Below, in pieces: positions 8,812 to 19,168 of a stretch of 64,000 nucleotides of DNA. Within the stretch, counting starts at the first letter, position 1. Each line of letters starts with the position of its first letter. Location: the IMG/VR virus record IMGVR_UViG_3300042462_000689, one strand, 5' to 3'. The position numbers and the translations under genes are program-made. Source of the DNA: a virus. A model generated the notes under the pieces. It searched no databases. It was given only the letters and a program-made list of their open reading frames with translations, and was not told the DNA's origin.

Positions 8812-11676
8812 ATGTCGATCGCCAACTACGTCCACCCACAATCCACGCTGAAGCAGTTCCTGACCAATGTCAGTTCGCCGGCGACCGCCATTCTCAATCC
8901 GCTGGTCATTGGCCCGCAATACCGCCTCAGCCGATTTGGCAAGGAGACGGTGCCCGCATACACGTACGCGGCGGCCTCCGGCGCCCAGGTCATTCCGTGG
9001 CAATACAGCAATGCGGCGGGCGTCACCACCAATCTACCCGGCACGGAGATTCCTGATTTGGCCTACACCCGGCTTTTCGGCAACGGCCTCGAAGCTTCGC
9101 TCGCGACGATCCTCACCGGCGACTCCGAGTATTTCCAGGTTCTCGATGCCTCCAATACCCAGACACTGAAGATGACGGCAGCGGATGTCAGCGGCGGCAC
9201 TCTGTGCGCCAAGCTGAAAGACCGCCCCGTGGCCGTCGGCGACATCGCCTACGTCACCTCCGCCTACGGTACGATCAAGCGCACAGTCACCGGCTTGCTT
9301 GGCAAGACGACCGCCGCCACCTTCGGCGTCAATACGCCGGACAACGATAATGGTTACATGAGCGGCAGCACCTACAATCCGGCGACGGCCGCAGCCTCGC
9401 ACTACACCTGCCTCACTGCTCCCGGCAGTCAGGATGTTGGCACTGAGGACAACGGCGTGGCGCTGATCGTCACCAACCCGGATGATTTCCAAGGCACCCT
9501 CCAGGGCGCGCTTCTCAATGGAGCCTACGGCGAGACATTCACGCTGACGGTCACCACCGGCGGCAACAACACGACCGCAGTCGTGACGGTGACATCAGCC
9601 AGCGGACGCTACGGCGGCACCCTCACATCCACCAGCGCAAACGCGGGTTTCCATACATTCACCAACAGCGGGTCCAGCAACATCATGGCCGGGCTCACCG
9701 TGAAGCTGGATCACACCGAGACGACTAGCTCCCTTACTTTGGGTTGGGTTTACACCTTCACCGTCACCAGCCAATACACCCGCGTCAGTACTGCCACGGC
9801 TCCCGTGACCGGAACCTACACCGGCACGGCGGACACCACCTACCTCATCGAAGTCACGACCGGCACCTACAATTCCGGCGCTCCCGTCGCCACCGGTGCG
9901 GTGGTCCGCATCAGCGACACCGCGGGCCTTGATGCCCCGGCTTCGGTCACATTGACGGACAACACGCTGTTCGATCTCGGCACCTCCGGTCTGCAGATGA
10001 AATTCGATCTCTCGCTCGGCGTGTGCCCGCAGGGCGGCATGCGCGTGGGTGATGTCTATTACGTCAATTGCGTCGCGGAGGCGCCCTCGACCACAGTCTT
10101 CGACAAGGTGGTGCTCGATGGTCCGGCTGTGGACGCCACGGTGTTCACCAATTACGCGACGCACGTGGAGGTGGAATTCCGCCTCCCCGTCACCGGTGAG
10201 ATTCTTTCCACCGCGGCGGCCGATGATGTCGCATGGGTTGCGGACCTCGAAGATGGGGTGACCATTGACTCCGGGTTGTCCCATTACCTCAGCACCCGAT
10301 CCACGGGTTATGAGTGGGTTCCGTTTGTGGACGACGTCGGCACCCTGTCGGTCTGGCAGCGTTCCCTCCAGCCGCCCGCATACGGCGAAGGTCGTATTGC
10401 AATTGCGAGCACCGACGACATCACGACGCTGCTTGGCACTGTGGACGTGGATAACGATTTGGCCATGGGTGCGAATGAAATGCTCAACGGCACTCTTGGC
10501 GCTGTCTCGGGCTACGTCCTGCGCACCGGCGGCACCACGCTCGCCGATTACAATACGGCGCTTGCAAAGATTCAGACGACCAAGCTGGTTTACGCCATTG
10601 CGCCGATGACCACGGATGTGACCATCCAGCAGGCCGTCGCCACTCATTGCACCACCACATCCGGCCCGACCAAGAAACGCTTCCGTCGCTGCTACGTCGG
10701 CACGGACAGCCCCGGCTCTTACGTCGCGCTCAGGACCGGAACCTCCGGCAATGTCACGGCGACGGTCAGTGCTTACAATGGTGGCGGCAACTTGCTGGTG
10801 ACCACCGCCACTGCCGGCGTGGATTTTACGCTGCTCGGACTCGCCAGCGGGGATATCGTCAAACTCATCGTCGCCGGTACGTCCTACCTGGTGGATTCCG
10901 TCATCAGCGCCACCGAACTCGTCCTTCAATCCGGTCCCGGAAGCCCGGTGGGTGCCGCGGTCGTCATTGAGATCTGGTATGCTGACACGCCAGCCAGTCA
11001 GGCCCTTTACGTCCGCAACCACTCGAAGCTCATTGGCAATCGCCGGGCCGTAAATGTCTGGACGGAGAATGGCACCGCAAATGGCGTCATCATCCCCAAT
11101 CGCTACGCGGCGGCCCACATCGCCGGCCTACGCTGCGCCATGCTTCCGCAGCAGGGCCTGACCCGCACGGAAGTCAGCACCTTCGACGCGGCCCCGGCCA
11201 TGAGCCTGCGCTACGACGACGACACGCTGGATGCCGTGGCAGCCGATGGCACCATGATCATCACGCAGGATGCGGAGAGCGGCGCGATTTACATCCGTCA
11301 TCAGCTCACCACAGACAGCGCCAACGGGGCGCTGGCTTACGAGGATTCCATTGGCGTGGTCGCGGATTATCTGTCCTTCCGAATTGACGCCATCGTCGAC
11401 GCCTACATCGGCAAACGTAACGTCACCAACGCCACACTCGTGGATCTGCGCAATGCGCTGCAAGATGAGTTGAACGCCAATACGCAGTCCGATTACGGGG
11501 TGCAGGCCGGCCCGCTGCTGGTCAGCTTCAACAGTCTGAAGATTACCCCGAATCCCATCATCAAGGATCGCGTCAAAATCACCTTCACCGCGGTTGTCGC
11601 TCTGCCGTTCAACATTGCGGAGACCATCATCAACTTTGACCAGGACCGCACACTCACCACGGTCATCGTCGCCTAA
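8812..11676 (+). CDS. Tail sheath protein
   Basis: 954 aa; conserved sheath C-terminus (GTMIITQD...IYIRHQLTT...YEDSIGVVADY...YIGKRNV...DRVKITFTAVVALPFN). Confidence 0.85.
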   Translation: MSIANYVHPQSTLKQFLTNVSSPATAILNPLVIGPQYRLSRFGKETVPAYTYAAASGAQVIPWQYSNAAGVTTNLPGTEIPDLAYTRLFGNGLEASLATILTGDSEYFQVLDASNTQTLKMTAADVSGGTLCAKLKDRPVAVGDIAYVTSAYGTIKRTVTGLLGKTTAATFGVNTPDNDNGYMSGSTYNPATAAASHYTCLTAPGSQDVGTEDNGVALIVTNPDDFQGTLQGALLNGAYGETFTLTVTTGGNNTTAVVTVTSASGRYGGTLTSTSANAGFHTFTNSGSSNIMAGLTVKLDHTETTSSLTLGWVYTFTVTSQYTRVSTATAPVTGTYTGTADTTYLIEVTTGTYNSGAPVATGAVVRISDTAGLDAPASVTLTDNTLFDLGTSGLQMKFDLSLGVCPQGGMRVGDVYYVNCVAEAPSTTVFDKVVLDGPAVDATVFTNYATHVEVEFRLPVTGEILSTAAADDVAWVADLEDGVTIDSGLSHYLSTRSTGYEWVPFVDDVGTLSVWQRSLQPPAYGEGRIAIASTDDITTLLGTVDVDNDLAMGANEMLNGTLGAVSGYVLRTGGTTLADYNTALAKIQTTKLVYAIAPMTTDVTIQQAVATHCTTTSGPTKKRFRRCYVGTDSPGSYVALRTGTSGNVTATVSAYNGGGNLLVTTATAGVDFTLLGLASGDIVKLIVAGTSYLVDSVISATELVLQSGPGSPVGAAVVIEIWYADTPASQALYVRNHSKLIGNRRAVNVWTENGTANGVIIPNRYAAAHIAGLRCAMLPQQGLTRTEVSTFDAAPAMSLRYDDDTLDAVAADGTMIITQDAESGAIYIRHQLTTDSANGALAYEDSIGVVADYLSFRIDAIVDAYIGKRNVTNATLVDLRNALQDELNANTQSDYGVQAGPLLVSFNSLKITPNPIIKDRVKITFTAVVALPFNIAETIINFDQDRTLTTVIVA

Positions 11677-11706
11677 TTCTAACCCAACTCAACTACCCAC
11701 ACTAAC

Positions 11707-12156
11707 ATGGCGACCGACTTCTTTGGCTTCGACAAGACCGTCAAAACCGACGGACAAATCATCACCGGCAATTTCGCGAGCATCAGCGCCAATGGCGCAA
11801 TGGCTCTCGTGCAGTCGGTCAATGCCTCCTACAACCGTCAGATCATCTCGATGTTCGAGGCGGGATCCAGCACCCTCTATTACCTCAACGGCAACAGCGA
11901 GGGGCAGATAACGATCAACGGTGCGGTCGGCAAGAGCGGCTTTTTCAAAAACTTCCGCGACATTGCGCAGTCGTGCGGCGCCATCAACAAGCTGTCCATC
12001 GACATTCTTTCCGGAAGCAAATGCGCCGTGGGTGGAAGCGGCGGCATCACCTTCTCGGGTGGGCTGGCTGAGGGATTCAATATCGCCTACCAGGCCGGCC
12101 CGATGGCAGTCACCGAGGGTGCGCAGATCCGCGTCGGCTCGATGAATATCCGCTGA
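11707..12156 (+). CDS. Tail tube protein
   Basis: 149 aa immediately after sheath; VQSVNASYNRQIISMFEAGS pattern. Confidence 0.75.
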   Translation: MATDFFGFDKTVKTDGQIITGNFASISANGAMALVQSVNASYNRQIISMFEAGSSTLYYLNGNSEGQITINGAVGKSGFFKNFRDIAQSCGAINKLSIDILSGSKCAVGGSGGITFSGGLAEGFNIAYQAGPMAVTEGAQIRVGSMNIR

Positions 12157-12199
12157 TTTTCGTTTGGTTACCGCGTTTGTTGGCGCGGGGTTCCTAGAG

Positions 12200-12239
12200 G
12201 CGTGGGTCGGAGTGCATACCGACCCACGCTTTCTTCTTT
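12200..12239 (+). terminator. Rho-independent terminator after tail tube
   Basis: GCGTGGGTCGG-8 nt-CCGACCCACGC perfect 11-bp stem, then TTTCTTCTTT. Confidence 0.8.
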
Positions 12240-12287
12240 CCAAGGGTCTGACTATCGCCACAATAGCTGGAATTTCTCATACCAAAT

Positions 12288-12479
12288 ATGCCCGCCGCAC
12301 CTGACCTCGAACAAATGGCCGAAGAAATGCGACTTGCACGCGAGCGTTGGACGCAGAGCATTCCCGAGGAACAAGACGCCGCCTACGCCGTGTATCGGAA
12401 GTTGCGGAAGGAATTGAATTCAGCCCGATGGGTCGAACATCAGCGTCAGCATTTGTCGTGGCATTCCGGAAATGAGTGA
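12288..12479 (+). CDS. Small hypothetical protein
   Basis: 63-aa ORF overlapping the start of the next gene. Confidence 0.45.
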   Translation: MPAAPDLEQMAEEMRLARERWTQSIPEEQDAAYAVYRKLRKELNSARWVEHQRQHLSWHSGNE

Positions 12480-14853
12480 TGCCTACTCATTCGGGCGTAT
12501 CGTCGAATACCGCCACACCGGCACTTACGCCGTAGCGCTGGACGACCGCACGCTCCTGCAGGACTGTATCTGGGTGGGTGGCGCATTGGCCGCAATGAGC
12601 GGAGTGCATCTCAAATACACCCTTCCCGTGGCGGCGCGCGTGGTCGTGATGGGTAGCTCCCCAGGTTTGATTCTTGGTGTTGTCCCAGGCCCATACGGAG
12701 ATCCCGCAACCAGGGACCGCCAGGCTGCCACGGGTGCCTTCGGGCTTAATACCACACTCACCGGCCTGTCTTCTCAGAATGCCACCGGACGGCAAATCTA
12801 CGATGAATGCGATCCACTGAGCGATCAATTACCGGGCGAGCTTGTGATGCAGAATGCGTTCAGCGTGGGCATCCAGATCATGACTCATTTCGCAAAGCTC
12901 TCCGCCGGTGAGCTGGCCAAGGTGGAATGCCATGTCCTCAATGACATGGTGCGCATCGTGAGCGACTGCTACCGCCATCATTCATCCTTTGGGGATTTCC
13001 AAATCACCAATGACGGACGGTTGAATGTGATTTGGAATGGCACCAGCTACCCACATGAGGCTGCTGGTCTGGTAAATCCCACCGACAAGAAGTTCCCGGC
13101 CGACAACAATGGTGTGGACTTCGACAGCCTGACGGATGACCTGACCAGCGCCAGCCGAAACAGGTTCTCGCAGTACATCGGTTTCCTCGGCAATTTCATC
13201 CACGTATTCGTGACAGACCCGACTTCCGTGCTCGGGGAGATGAGCAAGACAGCTTTGCGATCTGGCAAGTTCAGCGCCCATGTGGATATGGATGGATCGT
13301 TACTGATTGGATCGGTTGGGGACATTGTGCTCGAACGCAAGGTGCGCATCGTAGTCCCAATTCAACTGAAGCACCCGGAGGATCCCACCGGGGTGTTGGT
13401 CGATGGCTACGCCCAATTGAACAAGGAGTTCCTGAAGCTGTGGAAATATCCCAAGGATCCGCGGAAGATATTTGAGACGACCTACCAACTGCGGGAATAC
13501 TCGCGATTCCTGGATCAATTCCAGGGGCTGTCCAGATTCCACCAAATGGCGACCAAGGGGGAGTATCACGTCCCTTCCGAAGAGGAGACCCCGGCACCGG
13601 ACTGGCGGGGCAAACAGACCGACACTGAGGAAGCCAATGGCTATGATAATTCGACATCTTACGACACCTACGCCTGCATGCGTATCATGCGTGACGGGTC
13701 CATCATTCATTGGGACGGCACGGGTAGTTGCGTGGTGATGTCGCACGGAGACGTGCATGTGGCGGCCACCCGACACCTGACGCTGGAAGCCGCCGGGGAC
13801 GTGAGAATCATTGCAGGGGGCAGCCTCTACATGAAGGCCCGGAAGAACGTGGAGATTTCCGCAACGACCGGCTGGATGAAACTGAAAGCCAGGGCAGCAT
13901 GGCAGGCCTTGTGTGAATGGGGGACCATGTGGTTCAAGAGCGACGCCAATACCGCCAAGCCGGAGAAGGCCGAGAACACCGAGGAAGATCCGGCGCCGAT
14001 TGTGGGGCCGGCGGCCATTGTATTTGAGACCACAAAAGGCGGAGTGAAGGTTGCCAGCAAAGGCACCGTCTTTGTGGATATCGGCAAATGTCCCGAGGAG
14101 CCGGATCCCTCCTTCTCGGTAAAGACGGAGAGCGGAGGATTCATCGTGGATGCAAAGAAGGACATCCAATTCACCACACAGAAACTGTTCCATGCGACCG
14201 CACGCGGAAAGGGCTTCCTGTTCAAAGGCCCCAACATGCTGCTCGCCGGGCAGAAGTTCCAAGTGGGCAAATACGCGGAGCTTGGCGTCACCGGCCTAAA
14301 GGTCTCACAGGTGAACACCGCGCAGGTGATCTCGCACGGAGCCATCAAGGGCCCAAAGATTCCTGGTCCGAGCCCAGGGGGAAAGCCGCATCACAACCAC
14401 ATCCTCAAGCTGATGGGCGACGAGCCCGATTGGAGACCGGAGCCATTGGAATTGGAATCCGAGCCGGTTGATTGGGAGAGCACCGCCGAGGGCAAATTGA
14501 AATTCGCATTCTCGAAAAAGGAAGAATACATCCCCGATCCATATACCTTCATGGAAAGCCCGGCCCAGCAATTTCTGCGGTTGGATATGCCGGGGAAGAC
14601 GGCATTGAATTGGGCGGGTTCCTATACGGAAATCGAAAACCAATCTGAGAGACTCAAGCCGGCCGACAATGTGGACAGCAGCACTTCCGCGTTTCCTGGA
14701 TCAGGCGCGCAATTCCGCCAGCACAATGGTGGCGAGAGCCTGCACAAGCCGTCTGCCAAATCCGGAGCGGACTTGAACAAGACCACCGACCTGGTTACGG
14801 TGCCATTCACATTTACATTTCTCAAAACCGGAGCCAAATACCTCACACCATGA
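12472..14853 (+). CDS. Baseplate central spike (gp5/VgrG C-terminal-like)
   Basis: N-terminal OB-fold-like segment, then beta-helix-like repeats (GDVHVAATRHLTLEAAGDVRIIAGGSLYMKARKNVEISA). Confidence 0.6.
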   Translation: MSDAYSFGRIVEYRHTGTYAVALDDRTLLQDCIWVGGALAAMSGVHLKYTLPVAARVVVMGSSPGLILGVVPGPYGDPATRDRQAATGAFGLNTTLTGLSSQNATGRQIYDECDPLSDQLPGELVMQNAFSVGIQIMTHFAKLSAGELAKVECHVLNDMVRIVSDCYRHHSSFGDFQITNDGRLNVIWNGTSYPHEAAGLVNPTDKKFPADNNGVDFDSLTDDLTSASRNRFSQYIGFLGNFIHVFVTDPTSVLGEMSKTALRSGKFSAHVDMDGSLLIGSVGDIVLERKVRIVVPIQLKHPEDPTGVLVDGYAQLNKEFLKLWKYPKDPRKIFETTYQLREYSRFLDQFQGLSRFHQMATKGEYHVPSEEETPAPDWRGKQTDTEEANGYDNSTSYDTYACMRIMRDGSIIHWDGTGSCVVMSHGDVHVAATRHLTLEAAGDVRIIAGGSLYMKARKNVEISATTGWMKLKARAAWQALCEWGTMWFKSDANTAKPEKAENTEEDPAPIVGPAAIVFETTKGGVKVASKGTVFVDIGKCPEEPDPSFSVKTESGGFIVDAKKDIQFTTQKLFHATARGKGFLFKGPNMLLAGQKFQVGKYAELGVTGLKVSQVNTAQVISHGAIKGPKIPGPSPGGKPHHNHILKLMGDEPDWRPEPLELESEPVDWESTAEGKLKFAFSKKEEYIPDPYTFMESPAQQFLRLDMPGKTALNWAGSYTEIENQSERLKPADNVDSSTSAFPGSGAQFRQHNGGESLHKPSAKSGADLNKTTDLVTVPFTFTFLKTGAKYLTP

Positions 14854-15617
14854 CCGACATCAACACACCCGATCCCGCGCACGAACCAAAGCCCGACGAC
14901 GCCATCGACCAGGCCGCCATACAGGAATTGCTGGCTGCCGAGGATACAACCCCAAAGGCCATTGAGCTGGATGACGACACCACCGCAGAAGTCCGGGCGG
15001 CCCTCAATGCGGAAAAGAAAGAGCCCACACCAAAGACGCATTTGCCCATCCCGGATCAATGGCAGTCCGATGTGGACACCACGAGCACGATGCTTGATTG
15101 GGCCTTCAAGCAGGAGTCCGTCGGGAAGATTGAGGTCACCGCGCAGGAGAAGGCCATTTACGAGAAGGCATTCCTTCATGACTCAAACCTTTGCTTCGAT
15201 ATTGAATTCCAGGTGGGCAGCCTGAAGCCGAAGGTTCGCGTGAACAACCTGACCATCCTGATGGAGCGGGCCATTTCCGCAGCCATCGCCAAGGATGAGG
15301 AGGAGAAGCTGGTCCAGGGCACCGCGTCCATGTGGTCCGCGATGCAGCAGTATTGCCTGGTGCTGCAGGTGCAGTCCGTCGGCAACGCTCTGTTCGCCCC
15401 GCGTGTTGAAGTCACCACGCCCCCGCAATCGGTGGAGGCGCTGCGGGACGCCATCCGCGCATCAGTCCAGACCCACATCGGAAGCATGAGCGCCGCCCGG
15501 CTGAACATGCTCATCAAGGCCGTCTGCATTTTCGAAATCAAACAAAAGCTGTGCAATGAGAACATCGTGAATCGGGAGGACAACCAGGGTTTTTGGCGTC
15601 CCCAAGGTTCCGTTTAA
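14850..15617 (+). CDS. Tail assembly chaperone (gpG-like)
   Basis: Upstream of tape measure; ends across slippery heptamer G GGT TTT. Confidence 0.65.
   Translation: MTDINTPDPAHEPKPDDAIDQAAIQELLAAEDTTPKAIELDDDTTAEVRAALNAEKKEPTPKTHLPIPDQWQSDVDTTSTMLDWAFKQESVGKIEVTAQEKAIYEKAFLHDSNLCFDIEFQVGSLKPKVRVNNLTILMERAISAAIAKDEEEKLVQGTASMWSAMQQYCLVLQVQSVGNALFAPRVEVTTPPQSVEALRDAIRASVQTHIGSMSAARLNMLIKAVCIFEIKQKLCNENIVNREDNQGFWRPQGSV
15587..15593 (+). promoter_or_regulatory. -1 programmed ribosomal frameshift site GGGTTTT
   Basis: X XXY YYZ heptamer in frame (CAG GGT TTT TGG); the -1 frame is open and continues as ORF 15593..15994. Confidence 0.75.
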
Positions 15618-15994
15618 TGCTGACTGCATACCTTGGGGGGCGTCCAGAAATCGTCAGGCCCGATTACCCGCACGCGATGCGGAGTGTCATCCGTGAATCG
15701 CTTTTGCTGGAGGCGGTGGGTAAATCCGCGGCCGCCGCGACGCAAATCGAGCTGCTGTTAATTGAGACACAATTCGCCTCATTGCTCGACCCGCAAAAGG
15801 CCGCCGACGTCATGCGTCGGAAAATGGCCCGTGGGCGCTGGCTTGCCCAATTGAAGGCATTTGATCTCTATGCCAAGGCGCCCGACAACATCGGCGCCGA
15901 GAGCCTGATCAAACTTTACGAGGCACTGGAAAAAGGCGGGGTATTGCAAGACGCCATCGACTCGGAGGCTGATTCCGGCGACACTGGAGGGTAA
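15593..15994 (+). CDS. Tail assembly chaperone frameshift extension (gpGT-like C-terminus)
   Basis: In the -1 frame relative to 14850..15617; ends 6 nt before tape measure. Confidence 0.65.
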   Translation: MASPRFRLMLTAYLGGRPEIVRPDYPHAMRSVIRESLLLEAVGKSAAAATQIELLLIETQFASLLDPQKAADVMRRKMARGRWLAQLKAFDLYAKAPDNIGAESLIKLYEALEKGGVLQDAIDSEADSGDTGG

Positions 15995-16000
15995 TTCGAT

Positions 16001-18628
16001 ATGGCCTTCACTGACGGCGGATACATCACTCCCGAAGACATCGCACCTTACCAGAGTGGCGGCAATAGCCCCAGCCCTGGCGAGGCGATGCGTCGTTTCA
16101 AGGCGACGGAGCGGTATTACGACTTGCAGCGCTACGCGCTCGCCACGGACCGCCGCGTCAACATGGTCAATTCGACGATGGCGGGGGCATTCAAAGGGGG
16201 TAGTCAGACTACTGAGGCGTGGGCGAGATCAGACACCGGACGAGTCAGCCGTGACTTGATCGGCCTTGCGGCCTCGCATGGCGCGCTAGGTGGTGGCAAT
16301 CCAGTGGCGCTCATAGCAGGCATGGCCTCCGCAAATGGGATGAATCAATTCCGGGTGGGCGGGCCCGGTGGTGGGATGTCCGCGTTAGCCGGCGGCGGCA
16401 TGATGGCGGACATGATTACCAAGCAGATGTATTCTGCGTTTCAGAATCATGCATTTACCTCTACGGGGGCTGCCAACCTGAACGTCACGAACGGATTCAA
16501 CAAGGACCAGATGGGGGACATATTCAAATTGATGGGCCAACGGGGAATGATGAGCGGGATGAAGATGGGGGGATTTGAAATGGCGAATGGTAAGCTGTCG
16601 TTTCTTGAGGACAAGGGATCCATGAACCGCGTGCTGCAGCAATTCGAAGGCGTGAGCAAGATGCTGGCAAACGTCCGGGACTTGGTGGGAGATCGGCACG
16701 TCACTGAACTGGCTCGCGCCGCGGAGAGTCTGACCGGTCTGTCTCTGCGCAATGCCAATCCGGCGAAGCTGGGCGAGCGTCTCAATCGTGTGCGCAACAA
16801 TGCATCAATGCTGAATCTGGATGTGGAGTCCTATATGGGGGCGCACGAGCAGCTCATGGGGATGGTAGCCCCATTGGTGGGACGTCCAATGGCCTCTGTG
16901 ATGGCCCTGCGCGCTGGTGAGACCTCCGGCATTGCCAGCATGGGGCGGACTCAAATGGTTGGAGCGGCGGCTGCCCGAGGCGAACACATCGCCAATTTTT
17001 CGACGGGCGAAATAGCAGCGCAGGGCATGCAAAGCCAGCTTCAGATGATGAGCGAGAATCCGCAATTGCTCGAAGCATCATTTGCGGCCCAGAACATGAC
17101 CGACGACAACAAGAGTAAGCTGAATGCCGCGATTGGTGCTTTCTCCAAGGTGTCCAGCCGCGAGGAGCGCATTGCTGCCAGCGCCAATCTGCGCAAAGTA
17201 TTTGAACAGACATCGGGCGTCACCACAGGCACTTACAGCAGGCAATACAGCACGCAGCGTATGCTCAATACCATCGGCCCTGAACAGCAAGAAAACCTGC
17301 ACAATGCACTGAGCGGCATGGACCAGTCGATGAACAAGAACGTCATCGCAAAGCAGATGGCCGAGAATAACAATTTCGGGTCGGGGGCAGTTGGCGGGCT
17401 GGGCGCTAAGCAGATGGGGGGTTCGATGCATGCTTTCATGAGCCTGGCTCCCGACGAGCAGCAGGATATTATAGACAAGCTGCATGCCGGCAACACTGTC
17501 GGAGCGCAGGAGGCGCTGACTGCTGCGTCCAAGGATTTGCAAGTGGGTGGTATTTCGAAGGAAGCCATATCGGGGCTCGGTAAGATTCTGGCCGGCGGGG
17601 CGGATTCGGGTGCATTTCTGAACAAAGGTCGCAGCATCCTCGCCGGGGATCCGCGCCTGCAGGGGATTGTACATCCGAGATTAGTCAGGGAGGCCAAAGA
17701 AGCCGCAGCGATGAGATTTTACGCAGAAAACGTGGTGGGCGATGCGGACGACCGCAGCAAGCCGGACATGGGGGAGCAGTTCTACCAGGGGCTGGTGAAT
17801 GGCGTGAAGACGGACAATCAAACTGTCCTGATGCAGGCAGGCGCCGATGTCGAGACATTCGCAATTGACCCGGAAACCAAAATGCCGGTAATTGCACCGA
17901 ATTTGGAGGCTTTGCTGAATACCTACGGAGCGCCAGGAAAAGACGGCAAGCCAGGGACGGAATTTTCAGATGCGATAAGAGGAAAAAGCGTTGTAGAAAA
18001 AAATGACATCATGCGGCGCTACTTGGAGAACAAGGGAGTGGCTTTTTCTGTGGATATTGCAAAAAAGACCGGGACCGCAGTCAATGCGGGGAAAAAAAAG
18101 AGCATTTTGGACCACGACCAGTTTCTTTCTGAAGCAGCACAAGAATTGTCACTGAAAGGTGTGGGTGGGGCGGCTGGCGCTGCGGAAATAGAAGCGCTGG
18201 CAAATAAGAAGGAGGCGGATGCCAAGAACAAAACCTACAACGAACGCGCAATTAACGATAATAACCGCGCGGAGATCATGAAAGAACGGATGGATGCCAG
18301 CAGCGCGCTGTGGACCGGAGCGCTGGAAGGCACCGGAGGTTGGATGGCGAATGCACTGAAGGAAGGCGATGGAAATACGGCATTCGACATGGTGATGAAG
18401 CGGTCGCTTGCAGATCCAAAAGGATTTGAAAAGGATTTGAAAAAGGCGAAGGAAGATCTCGCAGACAAGACAGGGGACAGCGCAGAAACCAAAGGAGCAC
18501 ATGCAGCCGCCCGCAAGAATTTGGCCGCCCTTGAGGACAAGATGAAAGAGGCAAAAGCCACACCCGATCAAAAAACCGCGGACAATACAAAGAAGATTCT
18601 GGATCTGCTCCGCTTAAACTTAACATGA
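16001..18628 (+). CDS. Tape measure protein
   Basis: 875 aa, Ala/Gly/Met-rich helical protein directly after chaperone pair. Confidence 0.75.
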   Translation: MAFTDGGYITPEDIAPYQSGGNSPSPGEAMRRFKATERYYDLQRYALATDRRVNMVNSTMAGAFKGGSQTTEAWARSDTGRVSRDLIGLAASHGALGGGNPVALIAGMASANGMNQFRVGGPGGGMSALAGGGMMADMITKQMYSAFQNHAFTSTGAANLNVTNGFNKDQMGDIFKLMGQRGMMSGMKMGGFEMANGKLSFLEDKGSMNRVLQQFEGVSKMLANVRDLVGDRHVTELARAAESLTGLSLRNANPAKLGERLNRVRNNASMLNLDVESYMGAHEQLMGMVAPLVGRPMASVMALRAGETSGIASMGRTQMVGAAAARGEHIANFSTGEIAAQGMQSQLQMMSENPQLLEASFAAQNMTDDNKSKLNAAIGAFSKVSSREERIAASANLRKVFEQTSGVTTGTYSRQYSTQRMLNTIGPEQQENLHNALSGMDQSMNKNVIAKQMAENNNFGSGAVGGLGAKQMGGSMHAFMSLAPDEQQDIIDKLHAGNTVGAQEALTAASKDLQVGGISKEAISGLGKILAGGADSGAFLNKGRSILAGDPRLQGIVHPRLVREAKEAAAMRFYAENVVGDADDRSKPDMGEQFYQGLVNGVKTDNQTVLMQAGADVETFAIDPETKMPVIAPNLEALLNTYGAPGKDGKPGTEFSDAIRGKSVVEKNDIMRRYLENKGVAFSVDIAKKTGTAVNAGKKKSILDHDQFLSEAAQELSLKGVGGAAGAAEIEALANKKEADAKNKTYNERAINDNNRAEIMKERMDASSALWTGALEGTGGWMANALKEGDGNTAFDMVMKRSLADPKGFEKDLKKAKEDLADKTGDSAETKGAHAAARKNLAALEDKMKEAKATPDQKTADNTKKILDLLRLNLT

Positions 18629-19155
18629 CCAACATTTTCCCATCCCGCGGATGCATCTACGCATTCCAGCAGCAGGGCAATTCCGTGGGCTTCTATGCCC
18701 TGAATCCTCCCATCACCAGCAGCAACGCAGCACCGGTGCTCATCATGGGGGCCAGCCTGCAGGACCCGGACGTGCTGGTCCCCAAGAACACCCTTGATAA
18801 TTTCCATGTGCTTTACAGCTTCGGTGCCGGCTTCGGTTCGGTGAACATCATGGGCGTTGCCCTGCTGGGAAATGAGAAGTCCGGCGGCAAAAGTTTTGCG
18901 GAGGTGGTGAAATGGTTCCAGAAGAACCGGGCATCAAATTTGAAGAAACCAGTGCAGCTCTCCCTTCCCGGCAAGGTGGCCTACAATGTGTACATTTCGG
19001 GGCTCGTAGTCGGGCAGATTGACCCCAAATTTCACACGCAACAGTTTGTCTTGGGTGGTATTGTCGCGGAGACTTCTTCCGGCCCCGCAGCCGGACGCAA
19101 GGATGGCTTCACCGGCCTGACCACCGGAAGCCTGACCACCTCGTCCTTGTCCTAA
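18625..19155 (+). CDS. Tail tube initiator / baseplate tube-like protein
   Basis: After tape measure; HVLYSFGAGFGSVNIMG echoes tube protein LYYLNGNSEGQITING. Confidence 0.55.
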   Translation: MTNIFPSRGCIYAFQQQGNSVGFYALNPPITSSNAAPVLIMGASLQDPDVLVPKNTLDNFHVLYSFGAGFGSVNIMGVALLGNEKSGGKSFAEVVKWFQKNRASNLKKPVQLSLPGKVAYNVYISGLVVGQIDPKFHTQQFVLGGIVAETSSGPAAGRKDGFTGLTTGSLTTSSLS

Positions 19156-19168
19156 ACTCTTAAAAACC

